DNA of 56,524 nt from a candidate division WS1 bacterium (GTDB taxonomy: Bacteria > Armatimonadota > Zipacnadia > Zipacnadales > UBA11051). Below, in pieces: positions 39,153 through 48,969 of this stretch. The stretch lies in contig JAAYSP010000228.1 of NCBI GenBank assembly GCA_012518355.1, positions 1-56,524 of the forward strand, read 5' to 3'. Both the position numbers and the translations under genes were made by a program. The notes under the pieces are model-generated. The model did not search any database and was not told the origin of the DNA. It saw only the letters and a program-made list of their open reading frames with translations. Within the stretch, counting starts at the first letter, position 1. Each line of letters begins with the position of its first letter.

Positions 39153-39935
39153 CTAGCTGTTGATGATGCACTCCAGATGGGCCGCGGTATCGCGCACAAA
39201 CTGCTCGGGGTACTGTGGATAGGAGCTGAGTTCGGCGGTCAGATAGTCATTGTAGCCGACTCCGCGCAGGGCATTCATCACTCGCGGATAATCCACACTG
39301 CCTGTCAGCAGGGGTACGAAATCCCGCTTGGTGGTGTTGAAATCCTTGACATGCACCTTCACGATGCGCTCTCCCAGGATGTCAATCCACTGGTGAGGGA
39401 AGCCGTAAAGCAGGATGTTGCCCACATCGAAATAGGCTTTGATCAACTGATGCTCGAAGCTGTCCACATAATCCCGGAACTCCACAGGGCTCAGGAGGAA
39501 CTTGTTCCAAACGTTCTCAAGAGCCATGGTGACACCGAACTCTTCGGCGGTGGGGAGGATCTCACGAAGGCTTTTCTTAGACAGGTCGAGAGCCGCTGCG
39601 TATGAGACATCTTCAGTTACGACACCGGGTACGACCAGGACAGTGGTGACGTTCGCCCAGCTTGCCACCTTGATAGCGTGTTTGATGCCCTCCACGCCAT
39701 CAAGGCGAATATCTTCATCAGTGCTCGACAGTGGCAGCTTCCAGTGGCTACCGGCCATCACGCTGTGGACCTCCAGGCCCAATTCGACAGCAATTTCAGC
39801 CACTTCTTCGGTTTCCTGCTGAGTGTCGAAGGTAGGGAATTCGATTCCGTCCAGACCTGCATCCTTGGCAAGCTTCAGCCGATCACGGACGCTGAGCTTT
39901 GCAGGCAGACTGCTGTAACACATCGCTTTTTTCAC
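39153..39935 (-). CDS. Sugar phosphate isomerase/epimerase (xylose isomerase-like TIM barrel)
   Basis: AKDAGLDGIE, VLVVPG, ALENVWNKFLLSP, YFDVGN, VHVKDF and LTAE. Confidence 0.9.
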   Translation of the reverse strand: MKKAMCYSSLPAKLSVRDRLKLAKDAGLDGIEFPTFDTQQETEEVAEIAVELGLEVHSVMAGSHWKLPLSSTDEDIRLDGVEGIKHAIKVASWANVTTVLVVPGVVTEDVSYAAALDLSKKSLREILPTAEEFGVTMALENVWNKFLLSPVEFRDYVDSFEHQLIKAYFDVGNILLYGFPHQWIDILGERIVKVHVKDFNTTKRDFVPLLTGSVDYPRVMNALRGVGYNDYLTAELSSYPQYPEQFVRDTAAHLECIINS

Positions 39936-40075
39936 TACACCGCCTCCAGTGTGTGAATGGTAGTTGGTACGAGAAAAGCTTCTTCGAAAAAGACCGCATG
40001 TCCTCCTGCATGGCATAGTGGATTTCGCCGAATGGAGGAGCTATTGCGCTTGTACGAGCTTCACATCACACCGCA

Positions 40076-40350
40076 TTAGCAACCGATATAGTGCATGATC
40101 GCTGCATTTTCAGGTGGGGTGAGGACCTATGTATTATGGCAGAGGCTGAATATATACCCTCCACCGTCGTCCATGATGCTGATATTGCCTTGCTTTCCTG
40201 CCGGACCTGCTCCGGAGAGCTGAAGAGTAGAGTCTGTTGGCTATCCATGCCACCCATGAAGATCAAATCATCTCCGAATCCGCATTTGTCTATGTCACAT
40301 GGTCGCCATAACCACCATGACCATTCGGTGGCAAGACAGGCTGCAGGACC
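40076..40350 (-). pseudogene. Decayed C-terminal remnant of a uroporphyrinogen decarboxylase/MtaA-CmuA family gene
   Basis: FGDDLIFMGGMDSQQTLLFSSPEQVRQE, then a frameshift to NISIMDDGGGYIFSLCHNT*VLTPPENAAIM. An upstream VLQPV sits in another frame. Confidence 0.7.
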
Positions 40351-40465
40351 TGGGAAGTACGCGGGAGCAGTAGAAGCAAACAAGAGCCCATGCAAATTCT
40401 GCATGGGCTCTTGAGTTTTGTCGGTGTAGCTTGCAGCATTTGCACCGCACTCAGTCATCAGCGGC

Positions 40466-42448
40466 CTAGAATGGCAACAGGGTGATGGATTGCGAGACGA
40501 GCGCAAATGCGATTGATAGCATCGAGACCAGCCCCATACCACATGCCAGTCCGGCATATAGTACTGGAGGCCACAGTTTCCAGTTTTCCTCTCCAAATCG
40601 CTTGCGCATGTAGTAGCGTCCGATAAGTGCGCCGAGCATCTCTGGGAAGATGTAGTGGGGCATGGTACTCAAGCCACGGATGAAGCCGTAGATGAGCAGT
40701 ACCGGTGCGTTGAAGAAGTTGAGCACCCAGTATGTGACCAGCCCAAAGCCCAGGCCTCCGACCATCAGCCACGGCTTGATGGCGCGCTGGAACATCTCGA
40801 CATGCCCACCCTCGGAAGTCGCCGAGTACCACAGCCACTGCTGCAGGGCGGTGAAGTCCCAGAATTTCTGGGCGTAGGGATACTGCACACTGGGGATGGG
40901 GTTGAGCCGCCATATGTAGCTCCAGAATAGGAAGCTGCATATGATTATGATCGGGAAGGTGAGCGCCTCGGCCTTCAGGATGGACGTGAACTTGGTGCCG
41001 GTGAGCTCAACTTCGCGGAATTTCTGACTGGTGGCGCCATAGTTTGACAGCGGGATTGGGGCGAACCAGATGTCTACGCCCTTGTAGCCGCTGAAGATAA
41101 ACGTGGCCTCTCGTATCATCGGGAAGGAGATGAACTGGCCGGTCAATCCGATCATGCGTGCATTGATGTAGGATTGGAACGGTGTCCATATGTAGCCGTA
41201 CACCAGGATGAACACGATCGGGAAGTCCGGAACCAGTATCCGGCACAGGATGACATAGCCGGTGGTGGCCAGGAAAAACAGGGCTATGCACCAGTAGACG
41301 TTGAAGTCGCCGCGATCGTGTTTTGGTTTGCCGAAGCCCAGAGCACCGCTGGTCTCACCGCTCCGCCGCGCTTCCATATACTGCGTCCAGCTCTTGTACA
41401 TGCCGATGAACGCAACAGAGAAGGCCGTGCCGATCCCGAACGACAGCCAAACGTCAATCTGTGTTGCCCACAGAGTTCGGGTAGACTCCATGCCCGGTCG
41501 CCAGGTCGGCATGTGGCCGGTTTTCTGGATGATGGGGTTTACGAGCAGGGTGGCGGCTGCACCTGCGAACGAGCCGGCGACCATCCAGAAAGGCAGGACA
41601 AATCCCAGGAAAATCATGGAGATGTTGGTGCCTATGCCGGTAGGTGCTGACGGCAGTATCGATTCAGTGCCTGCGGTGAAATCAATCCACGGTATAGGCA
41701 AGATGGAGACCGGCTGGACGAGCATGACGCCGGTGATCGTCGGCAAACCTACGTATATGAAGCCAAAGCCGATACCGATCATCGCGCCGATCGAGAAAAG
41801 TCGCCATCGCCAGGTCTCTTCCTTGCTGGATGCCTCGGCCAGAGCGGTTGCGCCCTGTGCGGTGATTGGAGCCAGCGGATATGGAAGCTTCTCACCATCG
41901 GACATCAGCCGATACAGCACATATCCGAAAGTGAACCACGCCACCCGAGAAAAAATCTGGGTGGCCAGCATGACCACAATCGCCGGTCCCCAGTCACGGT
42001 GGACAAAAGTCCGCTCACGGATCGCTGCCGACTCTGTCGGCGGCGTGACCCAGTTGGGGACTTGCTCTCCCAGGCCTCCGGGGGCCACGGCGCGCAAAAA
42101 TGAGTTCCAGATGAGCCCGGCAAACGGCCCACCAGAAAGCGCCAAACCTCCGGTCATCGCTGTCAGGCCACCGGCGATGTAGTAAAGCACATACACTTCC
42201 TGCCTGGTGAGGGTGGTCAGTGACCGTCGTGCCACCTCTGTGAACAGGATGATGGTAGTCCATTCGGCTGCCGGTCCCATGGTCTGGCCTGCGACCAGCC
42301 CCAGGTAAATGGATCCGGGCATCATCACGAAACCGATGAAAAGTGCGCCGATGATGGTCTTCCAGCCGAAGCCGTCCCGATACTCCTCGGGCGCCTCCAT
42401 CAGGTCTCGGTATTGCTGTAGCTCTTCTATCTCTCGCATTCTGGCCAT
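40466..42448 (-). CDS. OPT-like oligopeptide transporter family membrane protein
   Basis: 660 aa with many TMs; motifs AAEWTTIILFTE, EKLPYP, PWIDFT and PIPSVQYPY. Confidence 0.75.
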   Translation of the reverse strand: MARMREIEELQQYRDLMEAPEEYRDGFGWKTIIGALFIGFVMMPGSIYLGLVAGQTMGPAAEWTTIILFTEVARRSLTTLTRQEVYVLYYIAGGLTAMTGGLALSGGPFAGLIWNSFLRAVAPGGLGEQVPNWVTPPTESAAIRERTFVHRDWGPAIVVMLATQIFSRVAWFTFGYVLYRLMSDGEKLPYPLAPITAQGATALAEASSKEETWRWRLFSIGAMIGIGFGFIYVGLPTITGVMLVQPVSILPIPWIDFTAGTESILPSAPTGIGTNISMIFLGFVLPFWMVAGSFAGAAATLLVNPIIQKTGHMPTWRPGMESTRTLWATQIDVWLSFGIGTAFSVAFIGMYKSWTQYMEARRSGETSGALGFGKPKHDRGDFNVYWCIALFFLATTGYVILCRILVPDFPIVFILVYGYIWTPFQSYINARMIGLTGQFISFPMIREATFIFSGYKGVDIWFAPIPLSNYGATSQKFREVELTGTKFTSILKAEALTFPIIIICSFLFWSYIWRLNPIPSVQYPYAQKFWDFTALQQWLWYSATSEGGHVEMFQRAIKPWLMVGGLGFGLVTYWVLNFFNAPVLLIYGFIRGLSTMPHYIFPEMLGALIGRYYMRKRFGEENWKLWPPVLYAGLACGMGLVSMLSIAFALVSQSITLLPF

Positions 42449-43151
42449 TGACGTACTTGCTCCGCCCTACTTTGATTGCCGCGAAAGTGTCGTCAAGCAT
42501 ACTACATCCGCCACTTTCCTGCAACCGGCGGCGGATTCCTTCTCTTGCGCTGAAATTATCTGTCACGGGATAGCTATATGCCATGCCATCCGATGATTGC
42601 GCTGTATCTGGCATGTGTCGTGAACCAATTCGCCCTCGATATCAATTAGTCCTTCCTGCAATTGTATGAGATTTTGCCACGGATACAATTGATGACAGCT
42701 AGGCAGGCCCTGTGCTCGATTTCTTCGGTTCTCGGGCTGAAATCGGATGCCGATAGCGAGCCCTGTATCAGTATCAGTCAACAATCAACCGCACATCGCG
42801 GGCCGTGAGCTGCAATTGTCGCTTGCCCTGTGCAACATGCTGGAGGTGGAGATGCCTAGCATATAGTCTCACACCGGTTTACCTGCAACCGTGTTCACTG
42901 CTGCAAGCGGTGTCCGGGCAACCTCGCAAGATGGAGAGATCCCGGAGCTCTTACCCCCGCATTGGGCCCCAAGCGACATCTGCTGACGATTCACGAAAGC
43001 CTAATGCCACAGTCGTCGATCTGCGCTCAAATCAGAATTGCCCGATATAACTGGAGACAACAAGCAGGAAGTCAGAACGTCTATGGTGAAAGTAGCGCGG
43101 CAAATCATATCGTGGACTTCCATCAGTATTGGTGGAAGGGGGAATGGACGA

Positions 43152-44108
43152 GTGCACAACGATAAGTCGTCAGGCGATTGCAGGGAACCTCGCAATATTT
43201 TGGTGATAGGTGGCAGCGGCTTTCTCAGCGGTACGATCGCCAGAAGTGCAGTAGCCGCGGGGCACCGTACGTGGGTCGTCACACGCGGTCAGCGACCTGT
43301 ACCCGAAGGCGTCACCAGCCTCATAGCTGACCGACATGACCGTGACGCCTTTGCGGCCGTGGTGGCCGCCGAGAACACCCACTGGGATGCGGTGATAGAC
43401 TGCATCGCATATGAACCGGAGGACATGCGCCAGAACCTGGACGTGTTGAGCACCCTGGCCTCGCAGCTCGTCTTCATCTCCACTGATTTTGTGTTCGATC
43501 CGACGCGCCGCAGCTTTCCTCAGCCGGTGGAGGCGCCGTATACCGAACTCGATGACTACGGGGGCAAGAAGCGCCAGTGTGAACTGCTACTTCTCGACGG
43601 CGACACCGGCGCCATGGAGTGGACCATCCTGCGCCCGTGTCACATCTACGGCCCCGGCTCGCAGTTGGGCTGTCTGCCGCTGCACGGCCGCGATCCGGAC
43701 CTGATCCGACGAATTCAGCTCGGTGAGACGCTACGGCTGGTCGGCGGCGGCCACTTCCTCCAGCAGCCGATCTTCGTCCGCGACCTGGCTGCCATTGCCC
43801 TCAGCGCGATCGGCAACAGCCGGGCTTTCGGGCAGATTTACTGCACCGCGGGCCCGGACATCATCGAATCGCGTCGCTACTACGAGATCGTCGGCGAGGT
43901 GTTGGGGCTCCAGGTGAGCATCGAAGAGGTGCCGGTCACGCAAGCGCTGGCAGATGACCCTACCAGACTGCCGTTCTACTGCCATCGCATCTACAGCCTC
44001 GACCGGTTTGCTGAGCATGGGCTGCACGTCCCCGCAGTTCCCATCGAAGACGGTTTGCGTGAGCACACAGAGAGTCTGCTGGCCGCGGCCTCGACACAAC
44101 AAAACTGA
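43152..44108 (+). CDS. NAD-dependent epimerase/dehydratase (extended SDR)
   Basis: VIGGSGFLSG, FISTD, YGGKK and LRPCHIYGPG. Confidence 0.9.
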   Translation: MHNDKSSGDCREPRNILVIGGSGFLSGTIARSAVAAGHRTWVVTRGQRPVPEGVTSLIADRHDRDAFAAVVAAENTHWDAVIDCIAYEPEDMRQNLDVLSTLASQLVFISTDFVFDPTRRSFPQPVEAPYTELDDYGGKKRQCELLLLDGDTGAMEWTILRPCHIYGPGSQLGCLPLHGRDPDLIRRIQLGETLRLVGGGHFLQQPIFVRDLAAIALSAIGNSRAFGQIYCTAGPDIIESRRYYEIVGEVLGLQVSIEEVPVTQALADDPTRLPFYCHRIYSLDRFAEHGLHVPAVPIEDGLREHTESLLAAASTQQN

Positions 44109-44602
44109 GAGCACTCTGGTAGGCAAGCGAATCTCTGGGACGGGTAAAACTGGGCTTGCGCGCATGGGCTGCACGTCCTTGCAGTTCCTACTCGGCGACG
44201 GTCTGCGAGAGCACACAGAGGGACTGCTGACTGCGGCCTTGGCACAGCAAAACTAAGAGCACTCTGTTAGGCAAGCGAATCTCTGGGACGGGTAAAACTG
44301 GGCTTGCGCGCATGAGCTGCACGTCCTTGCAGTTCCTACTCGGCGACGGTCTGCGAGATCACACAGAGGGACTGCTGACTGCGGCCTCAGCACAGCAAAA
44401 CTAAGAGCACTCTGTTAGGCAAGCGAATCTCTGGGACGGGTAAAACTGGGCTTGCGCGCATGGGCTGCACGTCCCTGCAGTTCCTACTCGGCGACGGTCT
44501 GCGAGATCACACAGAGAGTCTGCTGGCTGCGGCCTTGGCACAGCAAAACTGAGAGCACTCCGGGAGGTAAGCGAAGCTATGGGACAGATAAAATTGGGCT
44601 TG
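44015..44602 (+). repeat. Tandem array of four 147-148-bp units spanning the epimerase 3' end, the intergenic DNA and the next gene's 5' end
   Basis: Units start at GCATG(G/A)GCTGCACGTC at 44015, 44162, 44310 and 44458. The inner copies are nearly identical and there are no unique spacers. Confidence 0.96.
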
Positions 44603-45580
44603 ATTGGGCTGGGCAAGTGGCCCCGCGAGGCGTATCTGCCGAACCTGGCCGAGATGGATCGGGCACAGGTAGTCGCTGTGGCGGCAGCAAGCGAACAAAC
44701 GCGTGAGTATGCCCGCACTCAATTCGGTGACGGCCTCACCACGTATGCGGATTATCGGGACTTGCTGCAGGATGACAGTATCGAAGCGCTGATGATTGCG
44801 GTGCCTAACCCGATGCACGCGCAGGTGGTGCAGGAGGCAGCGGCAAGCGGCAAGCATCTGTTCTTCGAGCCGCCAATCGGGCTTGATGAGCAGGAGATTG
44901 CCGACACGCTGGCGGCACTGGAGCAGACCGCTGCCGTGGTGCAGATAGACCATGAGATACGCTATACGCCGGTGATGATCGAGCTGCAGCGCCGACTTGC
45001 CGACGGCCAGATAGGCGAGCCGCTGATGGCTGCAGTCAGGCTGGGTACTGACTGGGGTATCGGTGAGGGCTGGGGAGAGAGCGTGGAAAGCCAGGGCTTT
45101 TTCCTGTGGCTGGGCTGTTGGTATCTGGACATGCTCGATTGCGTCTTCTCCGTGGCGCCGCAGCGGGTTGATGTCGTCGGCGGACGGGCTATGAACGGTG
45201 CGCTGATGGACCACGGCTGCGCGGTGCTGCAGTACCCGCAAGGCTTTAGCGGCGTGCTTGAGTTCAGTCTGGTCAATCGCTCGGGTGAGGATTTCAGCAT
45301 CCACGTGTGGGGCACTGAGGGGGAGATGTGGGCTGAGGTGTGGCAGGGCACACTGCGATGGCGTACCGGTGAACAGTGGCAGGAGACAGTGGCCCCTTGC
45401 CATCAGCCGCCGCATGGGTTTGCCGGCATGTACGAATCTATCGCAGGCTTCATCGGGGCGATAGATGAGCAGGTGCCAGTCGTAGCCGATTTGGATGTGA
45501 TCCGCCGGGTTCATCAGGCCGCGCTTGCCTGTAGTCGCTCCGAGAAAAACGGACAAGGCATGGCTGTGACGGAGCTGTAG
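44579..45580 (+). CDS. Gfo/Idh/MocA family oxidoreductase (divergent active site)
   Basis: LGLIGLG Rossmann fold, IAVPNPMH and GKHLFFEPP; GGAGG RBS. Confidence 0.88.
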   Translation: MGQIKLGLIGLGKWPREAYLPNLAEMDRAQVVAVAAASEQTREYARTQFGDGLTTYADYRDLLQDDSIEALMIAVPNPMHAQVVQEAAASGKHLFFEPPIGLDEQEIADTLAALEQTAAVVQIDHEIRYTPVMIELQRRLADGQIGEPLMAAVRLGTDWGIGEGWGESVESQGFFLWLGCWYLDMLDCVFSVAPQRVDVVGGRAMNGALMDHGCAVLQYPQGFSGVLEFSLVNRSGEDFSIHVWGTEGEMWAEVWQGTLRWRTGEQWQETVAPCHQPPHGFAGMYESIAGFIGAIDEQVPVVADLDVIRRVHQAALACSRSEKNGQGMAVTEL

Positions 45581-45775
45581 AGCATCTGGGACGTCTCTAC
45601 AAGCAGACCTTCTTGTTGGCGCTGGAGTACCTTCGGCGATGAGCGGTGTGGCCTGCATTTCATCGTCGACTGCAGACAGAGCAAAACACTGATGCGGTAG
45701 GCGTGACGCCACTCGCATGATGAGACACGTGCACCCTGCCGGGGATGTTTTTGGGGTGTGCACAACGCATGAATT

Positions 45776-46576
45776 ATGGAGAGAAAGCACATGATGTTTG
45801 ACGCTATATTCGCTGATTTGCAGGAGATTGTCAGGCAGCGGCTGGAGCCGTGGCCGCTGCAGCGAGAAGGCTTTCACTGGGCGGGCTACACCTATGACCA
45901 TACCCTCAGGGTGGTCAACCTGGCACTGCACATGGCCCGACAACTGGACGCTGACACGGACGTGGTGCGTTTTGCGGCGCTGCTCCATGACATCCGCAAG
46001 GATGCGGGCCGAGATCATGCACAGGTAGGAGCCGAGGAGGTGCGCCATCTGCTGACCGACCGCGGCCTGCCCGACGATTTCGTAGCAGCGGTCGCAGGCG
46101 CTATCGAGTGCCACTCTGGCAGCAACAGCCCTGAGCATCCGGTGGAAAACCTGTGTGTCGGTGATGCAGACCTGATTGATGCCAACTTCGGGTTGGTTGG
46201 CACCTGGCGTTTCATCACGATCCGAAGCGGGCGGGGCGAAGACCTCGATGGCACCATCCACGCCATGGCCGAGTGGCTGCCAAAAAAGGACGCCCTTACG
46301 GATCTGCTCAACACCAGCCTGGGTAGGCAGATCGCCATGCAGCGGTCTGCGGTGATGCGCCGGTTCTGCCAGGAGCTGGCCGTGGCGCTGGAAAACGGAC
46401 ACGAAGACGACAGTCCGCTATGGCTGGCGCGCTATATCCATGACCACTCAGACACGGGGCGGCTGCAGCAGCAACTGACCGCACTGAACGGGGGCCTCCC
46501 TGGCAGTCACCGCTATCCGGCTTCGGTCGCACCGGCTCTGCAAATCCTGCATGACGAGGTCGCCGGGCGCCAGTGA
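45776..46576 (+). CDS. HD domain phosphohydrolase
   Basis: HTLRV, AALLHDI, HAQVGA, IECH and DADLID. Confidence 0.88.
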   Translation: MERKHMMFDAIFADLQEIVRQRLEPWPLQREGFHWAGYTYDHTLRVVNLALHMARQLDADTDVVRFAALLHDIRKDAGRDHAQVGAEEVRHLLTDRGLPDDFVAAVAGAIECHSGSNSPEHPVENLCVGDADLIDANFGLVGTWRFITIRSGRGEDLDGTIHAMAEWLPKKDALTDLLNTSLGRQIAMQRSAVMRRFCQELAVALENGHEDDSPLWLARYIHDHSDTGRLQQQLTALNGGLPGSHRYPASVAPALQILHDEVAGRQ

Positions 46577-46712
46577 GTGGCTGCGACAGGGCGAGTGGTG
46601 CAACTGATGCGGCAAATCTGCCCCCCACGTTCGTGCGTCGAGAGAGATGGCCGACACGATGTAGCCATACAGCGTCTGCTTGAGGGACGGCCAGCGCGTT
46701 GCCAGTGTGGTC

Positions 46713-47549
46713 TCAGCCCTGCCGGCCCAGCAGTGTGCGTTTCGAACGCGTGTACTGTAGCTGCAAGTCCGGGCTTTCGTCAGCGATGAAGGCACGGGCC
46801 AGGGCGATGTCCTCTTGCGCCTCCTCAGGGCTCATGCAGCCGATGCACACCGTATGGCGCGCGTCCAGATGGCGGTAGACAAAACTCAGCCCCGTCGGTG
46901 GCATGATGCGTCCGGCCCCCAGTGGCTTGATGGCGATGACTGTATGTTGCGCACCGTTGATCACGCGCTCCATCCAGTCGGTTTCCACTGCGCACAGAAA
47001 GCCCGTGGCGTTGAACGGCTGTATATAGGCCTCCACATCGTAGCCTGCTGCGTCGCTCACGGTGATGACCTCAGGGCGATGAGTAGACCAGCCGGGGATC
47101 ATGCACAGCTCGCGGATGAGAGTTGTGATCTGCTCGGCGCCGTCTATCGTGCTGGCTGCTATGTTCAGGTGCGCATCAGTGTATGAAGTATGAGGCATGC
47201 ACACCGCGACACCCAGATCGGCGGACAGGCGGATGCCGTCGAGCAGTTCGGCCAGCGTCTCTCCGCCGGGAGTAGCTATCCAGTGCATGTGATGACCGCT
47301 GCGCTCCAGTTCGTCCAGGGCTGCGCGCATGGTATCGGTTGGCATCGAGACCGTGCCGTTGATGCCTTCTTCCGCCATCGCGTGCATGACCTCGACGATG
47401 CGATCGAGAGTGAAGTAGCGCCGTAGCCAGGCGCTGCGAGCCTCGGATATGTGAGAGTACCCGAAAAAGCTGTTCGTGCCGCACAGCAGACGCGAGACTT
47501 GCAGCTCCCCAATACTGGTCATGGGGAACTGGTTGATTTGCTCAGTCAC
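46713..47549 (-). CDS. Conserved hypothetical, aldo/keto-reductase-like TIM barrel
   Basis: IGELQVSRLLCGTN, STHRPE, PFNATG, AIKPLGAGR and IGCMSPEE. Confidence 0.7.
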   Translation of the reverse strand: MTEQINQFPMTSIGELQVSRLLCGTNSFFGYSHISEARSAWLRRYFTLDRIVEVMHAMAEEGINGTVSMPTDTMRAALDELERSGHHMHWIATPGGETLAELLDGIRLSADLGVAVCMPHTSYTDAHLNIAASTIDGAEQITTLIRELCMIPGWSTHRPEVITVSDAAGYDVEAYIQPFNATGFLCAVETDWMERVINGAQHTVIAIKPLGAGRIMPPTGLSFVYRHLDARHTVCIGCMSPEEAQEDIALARAFIADESPDLQLQYTRSKRTLLGRQG

Positions 47550-47643
47550 GTTGCGGTCATCTCCTCATCTGCAGGTACCATGGGTAGTCGCCGGGTTTTG
47601 GTGCAGCGGAGTGTCGTACTGTATGTGTCTTGTGATGCAGGCT

Positions 47644-48651
47644 TCAGATTTGGGGCCACTCGAAAACCACGCCCAGCGTATCATCGCGCTGGCGGTCAAG
47701 TCTGCTGTACACTTCCGGAGCCTGAAACGGATCGAAGCGGTGGGTGATCAGGCCGTCCAGGTTCATCTGGCCGCGCCGTAGATAGTCCAGCATCAGTACG
47801 GTTTGACGCTGCGGGGTCCAGTGGGCATGACGCGGTGGCAGAAAATAGCTGCGACTGCCAAGTAGCTTCACCTGTCGGTTGAGTATGTCGTGCGTGAGCC
47901 GCTGACGAGACGGGTGTGGGCAGTCACCGATGAGCATCACCTTGCCGAAGTCGCGAGTCAACGGCAGGGCCATCTCCAGCACATCGTGATGGCCAGTTAC
48001 GTCATAGACCACGTCAGCGAGCCGACCGTCAGTGTGCTCCAGTACGAACTGCCGCGCATCGGTTACGCTGCCACAGAAGGCTGCCGTAGCTCCTCGATCG
48101 CGCACTGCCTCCACGCGCATCTGCACAGGGTCTACCACCATCACCTGACGCAGGCCCATCGCGCCCAGGTAGCGGGTGACTAGCTGCCCCAGCGGCCCGA
48201 GGCCTATGACTACCGCGGTATCGCCCATCTCGTGCTCCACCAGGCGTATGCCGGTCTGAGTTATGACGCCTAGCACCAGCCATACCGCCTGCTCATCGCT
48301 GATGTCATCCGGCAGGTTTCGCGCCCATATCTGCTCAGTAGTGAGATTGCCGTACTGGCGATGGGACAGGATAGAACAGATACGGTCCCCCTCACGCAGG
48401 TCATCCACACCCTCACCGACCTCCACCACGTGGCCGACAGAGCAGTAGCCGGGCCACAGTGGGTAGTGGATGTACTGTTCCCAGTTGGTGCCCGGATCGC
48501 ACTGACCGCGATAGCAGATGAGCTCAGTGCCGGTGCTGACGAGGCTCACTGTCGTGCGAAAAGTCACCTCACCCCGCCCGAGAGCACTGACCTGCTCCTC
48601 TACGAGTTCCACTTGCCCGGGGCCGGTGAAGATGATCGTCGCAGACTGCAT
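47644..48651 (-). CDS. Zinc-binding (MDR) alcohol dehydrogenase family
   Basis: STGTE, PGYCSVG, GDR, VIGLGPLG and ITHRF. Confidence 0.9.
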   Translation of the reverse strand: MQSATIIFTGPGQVELVEEQVSALGRGEVTFRTTVSLVSTGTELICYRGQCDPGTNWEQYIHYPLWPGYCSVGHVVEVGEGVDDLREGDRICSILSHRQYGNLTTEQIWARNLPDDISDEQAVWLVLGVITQTGIRLVEHEMGDTAVVIGLGPLGQLVTRYLGAMGLRQVMVVDPVQMRVEAVRDRGATAAFCGSVTDARQFVLEHTDGRLADVVYDVTGHHDVLEMALPLTRDFGKVMLIGDCPHPSRQRLTHDILNRQVKLLGSRSYFLPPRHAHWTPQRQTVLMLDYLRRGQMNLDGLITHRFDPFQAPEVYSRLDRQRDDTLGVVFEWPQI

Positions 48652-48709
48652 CGTCGGACAGTCTCCTTCATGCAGCGACATGGTTTGGGTGCGGATGTGC
48701 TACCACACT

Positions 48710-48934
48710 CTACTTGCGCCGTATAGACGGCATCGTATATCGGTGGTGATCTTCCAGGTATGATTTGGCGACAGCAGCCCGGCTGTCGGGCAGTCTGGGA
48801 GAGAAGCGCTCTGGCAGCACCGCCATCTGGGCACACCGCATCGGCGCCTCGCGCAGAAGCCTCGGTGTCTGGTCGAGATTTGCCGCCACTTCTCCCACTG
48901 TGCAGTTGCTCTGAACGGCTGCCAGTGTGGTCAT
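48710..48934 (-). pseudogene. Truncated carbon-nitrogen hydrolase (nitrilase family) N-terminus
   Basis: LAAVQ..GEVAANL...LLREA...AQMAVLPE matches the nitrilase N-terminus up to the catalytic Glu. The similarity then ends, with no Lys or Cys motifs. Confidence 0.65.
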
Positions 48935-48969
48935 GGTGCCACCGTTCCCGGGTGTAGCAGATGGTATAG

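Noticed and set aside
40066-40596. 176-aa ORF as an intact gene
   Set aside because: It overlaps the transporter and only its middle resembles URO-D; treated as a pseudogene remnant.
42450-43150. Genes in the 700-bp divergent intergenic region
   Set aside because: Only short ORFs without motifs or a clear RBS; probably promoter or decayed DNA.
44015-44602. CRISPR array
   Set aside because: Units repeat over their whole length with no unique spacers, they derive from the flanking genes, and no cas genes are present.
44507-46402. 631-aa minus-strand ORF
   Set aside because: Antisense shadow of the well-supported Gfo and HD genes in high-GC DNA, with no recognisable motifs.
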